DNA of 64,000 bases, taken from NCBI GenBank assembly GCA_965248355.1, contig OZ252098.1, forward strand, positions 2,976,001 to 3,040,000, read 5' to 3'. Source of the DNA: Candidatus Latescibacterota bacterium (GTDB lineage: Bacteria > Latescibacterota > UBA2968 > UBA8231). Below, piece after piece: positions 58,074 to 64,000 of the stretch (its first letter is position 1; each line of letters starts with the position of its first letter). The notes under the pieces were generated by a model. It was not told where the DNA came from, ran no database searches, and saw only the letters and a list, made by a program, of their open reading frames with translations. The position numbers and the translations under genes are program-made.

Positions 58074-58828
58074 TCAGCCGACGACCGGCCAGGCGCCCCG
58101 GATGCTGCCCTCGTGCCGCACCAGATCCGGGAAGCGGTCCGACCGCGGATCGGGCGTCACCGGCCTCTGTCCATCGAGATAGAGCATGCCCACCTCCCCG
58201 GGAGGCAGGGCCTCCACCAGTTCCCGGGCCTCTTCGAGGGCCTTGAGCCACGTTCTCTTGAGGGACCTCAGATCCAGGGGTTTTCGCAGGCTGAGACGAT
58301 CGACGTCGGCCTGCGAGTAGGCCGCGTGGCGCGCCGCCTGCTCGAGCAGGAATCCGGGCGTGAACCCCGGGTCCTTTCCGCAGGCCGCCCAGGCCAGGCA
58401 GCCGAGGTGCAGGTAGGAGTCGTGGAGGTGAAGGATGTCGACGTAGTCGCGGACCTCCTGCCGCCCCGCCAGTGCCAGAACCTTGTTCACCGCGGCGTCG
58501 GCATGGTGCAGGCGGTACCCGCGGAAGGAGCTGTCCTGCGCCCACTCGATCCGCAGCTGCTCCCCTTCCCCCGACAGGACCGCCCGGTAGAAGGCCGGGG
58601 TCGCAGAAGCCAAGTCAGCTCGAAACCCGCGTCGCGCAAGGTGGCGGCGTCCGTTTCCGCGCACAGGGCCACGCTGTCGGCGAGATCGTGAAAGAGATCG
58701 AGATCCTGGGAGAAGCGGGGCGTATCCCGTTTTCGATGGAGGACCGTTGCGCCGGCCAGGTAGCTGTCCGGACTGCGGTTCGCGGCGATGGTCCTGAGCG
58801 CCCGCGCCTGAATCGAGGTCAGCGGCAC
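58074..58828 (-). pseudogene. AbiEii-like nucleotidyltransferase toxin, frameshifted
   Basis: The N-half (YLAGATVL...RFSQDLDLF) is in track ORF 58487..58942 and the C-half (NKVLALAGRQEVRDYVD) is in 58074..58664; the frame switches near 58601. Confidence 0.75.
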
Positions 58829-59094
58829 AGTCTGGCTGCGAGGAGGAACCCCCGGCGGCCTCCGTGCTGCCGCAGACCGCGGGCCACCTCCGGTACGTCC
58901 TGCAAGGTGATCTCCATATCGGATGGCATGTACCAGAAGCATTGGGCGTGGAAGTCGCGGAATGCGCGGCGGGCTTCGCGGACCCGCACCATGTCGAGGG
59001 CGTCCTCCCTGGACAGGTGCCGGCGGCTCTTCCTGCCGCCCTTGCGCCCGATCTCCGACAACCAGGCGCTTACGTTTGCTGGAGGGCTATCCAT
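58819..59094 (-). CDS. Small putative antitoxin/regulator with a KGG motif
   Basis: 91 aa; SEIGRKGGRKS and CFWY; overlaps the start of the nucleotidyltransferase. Confidence 0.7.
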   Translation of the reverse strand: MDSPPANVSAWLSEIGRKGGRKSRRHLSREDALDMVRVREARRAFRDFHAQCFWYMPSDMEITLQDVPEVARGLRQHGGRRGFLLAARLCR

Positions 59095-59115
59095 TTTCTC
59101 CCGCGGGGCGTGTAT

Positions 59116-59137
59116 CGTAAGCTGCTTACGTTAAGCA
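59116..59137 (-). promoter_or_regulatory. Overlapping palindromes upstream of the AbiEii-like module
   Basis: CGTAAGC-T-GCTTACG (59116-30) and TGCTTA-CGT-TAAGCA (59123-37). Confidence 0.6.
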
Positions 59138-59283
59138 CGCCCAGAACGGCCCTGTCCGCAAGTGCCTGCCGGGTGCCCGCGCCGGAGCCGGGTCGCGGCT
59201 GACTTCCCGCCCGGCCGCCGCGCCTCTTATGATTGGGCAAGGAGAGCGATGGCACACCCGGGACGGGCGAAGGGGTTCCTGGC

Positions 59284-61479
59284 ATGGCTTCACGGGAAAT
59301 GGACAAGGCGCCGGATCGACGGCAGGGGGCGCACCGCCCCGGGGCGCCGGGGTTGACCGACCTGTCAGCGGGCGATCTCCGCCTGCTCCTCAACGGCGAG
59401 TGGGAGTTCGCCGAGGGCCCCGACGGAAGCCCCCCGGCGGCCGGCTGGGGGCGGGTCCGGGTGCCCCACCGCTCCCGCGAGTTCGAGGACGAGCCCCCCG
59501 CCTCGGGCTGGTACCGCACCACCCTCGAGGTTCCCGCCGACTGGGAGATCGGAGACCGCCGCCTCGTTCTCGACCCGGGGCGGGTCCGCCACTTCGGCCG
59601 CCTCTACCTCGACGGGGGGTCCATCGGCGAGCATCGCGGCATGCGCCTTCCCTGGCGCCTCGACCTCACCTCCCTCGTCGATCCCGGCTCCGTCCACGAG
59701 CTGCTGCTCTTCACCCACAGCTGCACCGGCCCCTACGCTCATCCCACCAGGACCTCCCTCAGCGAGGACGCGGAGACCGCCCTCGACACCCGCTTCTGGC
59801 ACACGAGCGCCGCCACCATCGGCCTGGAGTCCGACATCCGGCTGAGCCTGGAGTCCCGGGTGCGGATCGAGGACGTGCACGTGACCACCTCGGTGCGCGA
59901 GGGCACGCTCACCGCCGACCTTACGGTGCGCAACGCCCGGGAGACGCCCTTCGCGGGCCAGGTTCGGCTGCGGGTCCGGCGCGAGGGCGGGACCGTGTTG
60001 GAGTTGCCGGGTTGCGCCGTCGAGGTGGCGCCGGGGGCGGCTCAGCGCGTGAGCGCGTCAGCCCCGTGGAAGGACCCCGTGATCTGGGGCCGCCCGCCGT
60101 ACGGCGAGCCCGTCCTCTACTTCCTGGAATCGGTCCTGCACGAGGCCGGCCCGGGGCCGGCGGCGGGACCGGCCGTGCACGCCGAGGTGACCCGCTTCGG
60201 CTTCCGCGAGATCTGGGCCGAGGGCGACCGGCTGCTGCTCAACGGCACCCGGCTCATGCCCTGGGGCGACCACACCGTGCCGTACGTGTACGAGCGCCAG
60301 TGGCTGACGCGGAAGTTCGTCGACCTGGCCGACGCCAACGTCAGCATCGTCGAGCACCACCGCTACGATCCGCCCTCCGTGCTCTACGACGTGGCCGACG
60401 AGCTGGGCGTCTTCGTGGTGGGCGCCAACTTCTGCGTCGGCACGGGACAGGTCTTCCCCCCGGACATGGACCCCGCGGAGAAGGCGCTGGTCATGGAGCA
60501 CCACCTGACCGTGGCCGACCACTGGATCCGCCGGGTCCGCAACCATCCGTCGATCCTGTTCTGGGACATCACCGACGCGCGGGATCCCGGATACTGCGTG
60601 CCCCTCCTGCGCAAGGTGAAGGAGCTGGACGAGAGCCGCATCGCCGAGGTGACCTTCGACCCTTCCGTGGCGGACGCCGAGCTGATCGAGCTGATCGACT
60701 GCTACCGGCTGTTCAGCAGCCTCGAGAGCATCGAGCAGAGCATGGAGACGATCCGCGGGGAGCTGCCCGTGAAGCCGGTGCGCGTGGGCGAGGCCGGCAT
60801 CTTCGAGAAGGGCAGCTGGGGCGACGACGAGGAACCGCCTCTGCAGAAGGGCTGGTGGGAGTTCCTGACCACCATGGGGGAGCGCAACATCCACGGCCTG
60901 CAGACCTTCTTCCTCGCCGACATGGACTACCGCGGCTTCGAGGACTCGGTGCCCGGCATGCTCGCCGCTGACCTGGATTTCCAGGTCTCCTGGCCGTCGC
61001 AGTCCGGCGCCGACGCCCGCATCGACCCCTTCTCCGAGGACACGCCCGCCGCCCGCGGCAAGCGCCGCCTCAGCCTCAACTGGTGCGACCCGAAGCAGCC
61101 GGTGTCGCGGCCCACGGCCACGGCCGCCTGGTGGCGGCACCTCTTCCGCCGGATCGCCGGGCGCGACGTGGGGCCCCTGGCGAGCGAGCGGGTGCCGGAG
61201 GTGCTCGTGCGCGTGACCCGCGGCGGCGAGCCGGTCCCCGGGGCCTGCGTCCTGGCGGCTCCGCTGGCCGGGCAGACGGTCCCGCCCCACGCCGTGCGGG
61301 CGGACCTGCAAGGCACGTCGTGGTTCGTGCTGCCCGAGGCGGGGGCCTACCGCTTCACCTGCGGGGGCTCGGGCGTGGAGGTGGAGACCCGCAGGCGGCC
61401 GACCCGGGCGCCGGGTGGGTACGGCCACGTGCAGGAGGTGATCCTGTCCGTGCCGGAGGGCGGCGGCGGGCCTCGGTGA
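59284..61479 (+). CDS. Glycoside hydrolase family 2-like protein
   Basis: LNGEWEF, GWYRT, PVLYFL, RFGFREI, LLLNG, ADELG and RNHPSILFW motifs; start uncertain (59233/59284/59299). Confidence 0.8.
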   Translation: MASREMDKAPDRRQGAHRPGAPGLTDLSAGDLRLLLNGEWEFAEGPDGSPPAAGWGRVRVPHRSREFEDEPPASGWYRTTLEVPADWEIGDRRLVLDPGRVRHFGRLYLDGGSIGEHRGMRLPWRLDLTSLVDPGSVHELLLFTHSCTGPYAHPTRTSLSEDAETALDTRFWHTSAATIGLESDIRLSLESRVRIEDVHVTTSVREGTLTADLTVRNARETPFAGQVRLRVRREGGTVLELPGCAVEVAPGAAQRVSASAPWKDPVIWGRPPYGEPVLYFLESVLHEAGPGPAAGPAVHAEVTRFGFREIWAEGDRLLLNGTRLMPWGDHTVPYVYERQWLTRKFVDLADANVSIVEHHRYDPPSVLYDVADELGVFVVGANFCVGTGQVFPPDMDPAEKALVMEHHLTVADHWIRRVRNHPSILFWDITDARDPGYCVPLLRKVKELDESRIAEVTFDPSVADAELIELIDCYRLFSSLESIEQSMETIRGELPVKPVRVGEAGIFEKGSWGDDEEPPLQKGWWEFLTTMGERNIHGLQTFFLADMDYRGFEDSVPGMLAADLDFQVSWPSQSGADARIDPFSEDTPAARGKRRLSLNWCDPKQPVSRPTATAAWWRHLFRRIAGRDVGPLASERVPEVLVRVTRGGEPVPGACVLAAPLAGQTVPPHAVRADLQGTSWFVLPEAGAYRFTCGGSGVEVETRRRPTRAPGGYGHVQEVILSVPEGGGGPR

Positions 61480-61645
61480 CGGATGTCGCTGATGGAGTCT
61501 GAGGGCGGCCTTCAGAGACTCGGGTGGATGGCGGAGAAGCGGCTCCTCCAGCCCAGAGCTGTGGCCTTGCTTCACCGAGAGTGCGGAGCGTACTTCTTTC
61601 GATTGGAAACGCACGGTACCCTTGTCTTAGGAGGAGGCAAATCCC

Positions 61646-61873
61646 ATGTCCAAGAAGAGCCAGCATGTGACCCCACGGGACGGGGGGAAATGGGCTGTCA
61701 GGAGTTCGGGATCCTCGCGAGCTTCGAGTGTACACCAGAATCAAAGAGAGGCCATTGCGGAGGCGCGACGGATTGCTAAAGCCCAGAAGACGGAGTTGTA
61801 TGTCCATGGGCGTGACGGACGGATCAGGGACCGAAGCTCCTATGGCAACGACCCACATCCTCCCAAGGGCTAG
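61646..61873 (+). CDS. DUF2188 domain protein
   Basis: QHVTP...WAVR...QREAIAEAR...ELYVHGRDGRIRDRSSYGNDPHPPKG; strong SD AGGAGG. Confidence 0.88.
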   Translation: MSKKSQHVTPRDGGKWAVRSSGSSRASSVHQNQREAIAEARRIAKAQKTELYVHGRDGRIRDRSSYGNDPHPPKG

Positions 61874-61876
61874 CCA

Positions 61877-62505
61877 TTGTCGCAACCTCCCTTCGAGAAA
61901 TCGGTCTTTATCAATTGTCCCTTTGATAAAGACTACGAGCCAATTCTGCAGGCGATTCTCTTCTGTGTCCTCTATTTGGGTTACTATCCCAGGATTTCGA
62001 CGGAACAGAGTAACTCATTCCAGAGCAGGATAGACAGAATTCAAGACTTGATAAGAGACTCGAAATACTCAATCCATGACTAAGCAGATGTCAGGCGGTT
62101 GAGAAGGGGGACTACTTCAGACTGAACATGCCCTTTGAACTCGGAATGGATTTTGGTTGTCGGCAGTACTCCGGCGATGCAAAGGGCGACAAGAGAGGTC
62201 TTGTTCTGGAAGAGGAGAAGTACCGATACCATGCCGCGATTTCTGATTTCTCGGGCTTCGATATCCAACATCACCGAGGGGACTATCGTGAGGTAGTGAG
62301 AAAGGTACGCAATTGGTTTGCAAACGAAGCGGGTACGAAGGTCGATGGAGCCGGACGAATCGTGAATGCCTACGAAGACTTCCAGGAGTGGCATTACAAT
62401 AGGCAATTGTGCAGAGGCTTCACTGAGAGAGACATTCAGGACTATCCTACCAATGAGTTGGTGGCGGCCATGAAGGAGTGGATTTCAAAGGACGGCCCGG
62501 CATAA
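61877..62505 (+). pseudogene. TIR/nucleoside-deoxyribosyltransferase-like protein, frameshifted
   Basis: VFINCPFD...SRIDRIQDLIRDSKYSIHD then a frame shift near 62081; the second frame continues SRCQA...RLNMPFELG...ISDFSGFDI. Low GC. Confidence 0.7.
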
Positions 62506-62630
62506 GCACGAAGGGTGTAACCCATCCCCTGCCAGATTCCCGACCCAGTCAAGTAGAGTTCCCAACTGCAGTACGCCCGGCCCCCCCGGGCTTCATCCGA
62601 TTTCGAACCCACCTCTTGAAGGACACTCCC

Positions 62631-63038
62631 ATGCATCGCAAGCAGCCCTCCACCACCGACAATCTGTTCGAAGGCCTCCGGCGGCTGTCGAGGTTCGTCC
62701 TCCGCCTGATCGCCTCCCTGCTGTGCGCCGGGCTGATCGCCGCGGCGGCGCCGGCGGCGGCCCAGGACGGCGATGACGACTGCGCCAACGGCGTGGTCGT
62801 GCCGGATCCGCAAACCGCCCACCGCGTGGCCGACGCCGGTCCGGTGCGGGTCGAGAGCTACAACCTCCTCGGCCAGCCGGTGAACACCCTTGTCGATGAG
62901 GTCCAGTCCGCCGGCCGGTACCAGGCTTCCTGGGACGCCCGCGACCGGCAGGGGCGGCAGGTGGTGACGGGGGTCTACCTGATGCAGCTGCACTACCCCG
63001 GCGGGACCGAGGCGCGGCAGCTGCTCTACCTCAAGTAA
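62631..63038 (+). pseudogene. Internally deleted surface protein: signal peptide joined to a partial FlgD-Ig/sorting C-terminal domain
   Basis: Signal peptide and CANGVVVPDP fused directly to YNLLGQPVNTLVD...AGRYQASWDARD...GVYL...LLYLK. Confidence 0.6.
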
Positions 63039-63071
63039 GGCTCGCCGCGGCGTGCAGCGGTCAGGCTCGCG

Positions 63072-64000
63072 CTAAAGGCTCCGCAGGGCGAAGAGATCGG
63101 CGTCCTGCAGCGCCACCCGCAGGCGGACCGGACGCCCCCGCAGGCCGGAGAGATCGCCCCCCGCCTTCCAGGCCACCGGCGCGTCGAGCTGGTCTCCGAA
63201 GACCGGGTCCATCTCCTCCAGCGACAAGCCCGGCAGCGGCTGGCCCGACTCGTCCTGAACCTCCACCCGCAGCGATCCCGCCGCCGAGGTGGCGTAGTTC
63301 AGCCGCAGGGCGTCTCCCACGAGCAACAGCGGCCGGGTGACCAGCTCGCCCCCTCCGTACCCGGCCCGCACCGAGGCGAGACCGTGGGGCCGCACCACCA
63401 CGCGGCGCAGGCGGTTCGTCGACCACCCGTAGTTCTCCGAGATGTACATGGACCACTCGTCGGCGGCCGTCTGCACCAGGCCGGGGGCGGGGGTGCAGCT
63501 GCGGTGGGACCAGTTGCGCTGGTCCCGGCCGGGCCGCAGCCAGGCCTCCATGAAGGTGCGGTCCCAGTGGACGCCGTCGCGGCTGGTCATGAAGACGGCG
63601 TCGGAGAGGCCGGACCCCGGGTAGGGCATGCCCGCCGTGTCGAGCTCGCGCTCGGGCAGGAAGCGCATGGGGAAGGAGAGGAGGATGTGCTCGGCGCCGG
63701 GGCAGGGCGTGGTGGCGTTGGTGTAGAAGTGCTCCAGCGGCACGCCGTCGGCGTACTGGTGGGGCTGCGGCTCGGTCCAGTGGACGAAGTCCTCGGAGGT
63801 GCAGCTCTGGATCGCCCGCACCCGGCCGCCCTCGGTCTCGAAGTAGCGGCTGAAGAGGCGGTAACGCCCGACGTGGGGATCCCACAGGGGGACGTTGAGG
63901 GAGTCGAAGGCGCCGGTCACCTCCAGGGGCCCCTCCTTCACCGGGGTCCAGCGCAGGCCGTCGGGCGAGGCGAAGCCGTGCAGGTTCGACCGGCCCGTGC
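63072..64000 (-). CDS. Beta-propeller glycoside-hydrolase-like hypothetical protein (5' end outside the window)
   Basis: FDSLN, SEDFVHW and SRDGVHW (Asp-box-like) plus C-terminal GELVTRPL...DADLFA. Confidence 0.7.
   Translation of the reverse strand, partial: TGRSNLHGFASPDGLRWTPVKEGPLEVTGAFDSLNVPLWDPHVGRYRLFSRYFETEGGRVRAIQSCTSEDFVHWTEPQPHQYADGVPLEHFYTNATTPCPGAEHILLSFPMRFLPERELDTAGMPYPGSGLSDAVFMTSRDGVHWDRTFMEAWLRPGRDQRNWSHRSCTPAPGLVQTAADEWSMYISENYGWSTNRLRRVVVRPHGLASVRAGYGGGELVTRPLLLVGDALRLNYATSAAGSLRVEVQDESGQPLPGLSLEEMDPVFGDQLDAPVAWKAGGDLSGLRGRPVRLRVALQDADLFALRSL

Overview
High-GC (roughly 70%) bacterial chromosomal window. Gene content suggests Candidatus Latescibacterota/FCB group, possibly host-associated (inference from the FlgD-Ig C-terminal domain, the Gfo/Idh/MocA, PhyH and TauD expansions, a BMC shell gene and spirochete/Bacteroidota-type topoisomerase IV). 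Housekeeping genes (nadA, dapL, glnS, gltX, DEAD helicase, parE-parC, pepF, a sigma-70 paralog, arfB, rpsR, lhr) are interleaved with many catabolic enzymes and several lower-GC accessory islets. The islets are: a NACHT/STAND-type nuclease gene relic split by an intact IS630; four toxin-antitoxin modules; a locus with two coupled STAND-like ATPases (one with HTH and TPR repeats) plus a PD-(D/E)XK nuclease behind a promoter with three 15-bp-period operators; and a DUF2188 + frameshifted TIR/NDT-like pair. Highlights missed by, or not explained by, the ORF track: an orphan cysteine-free rpsR with an ATC start codon apparently co-transcribed with a BMC shell protein; a truncated-hemoglobin-ankyrin fusion in a tight operon with a 2OG-Fe dioxygenase, a 56-aa membrane protein and a TPR protein; an RHH protein coupled to nadA with 11-bp repeats over its promoter; and a MerR-type dyad upstream of an alternative sigma factor. 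No rRNA, tRNA or CRISPR array was seen. All family calls come from motif recognition, not database searches.
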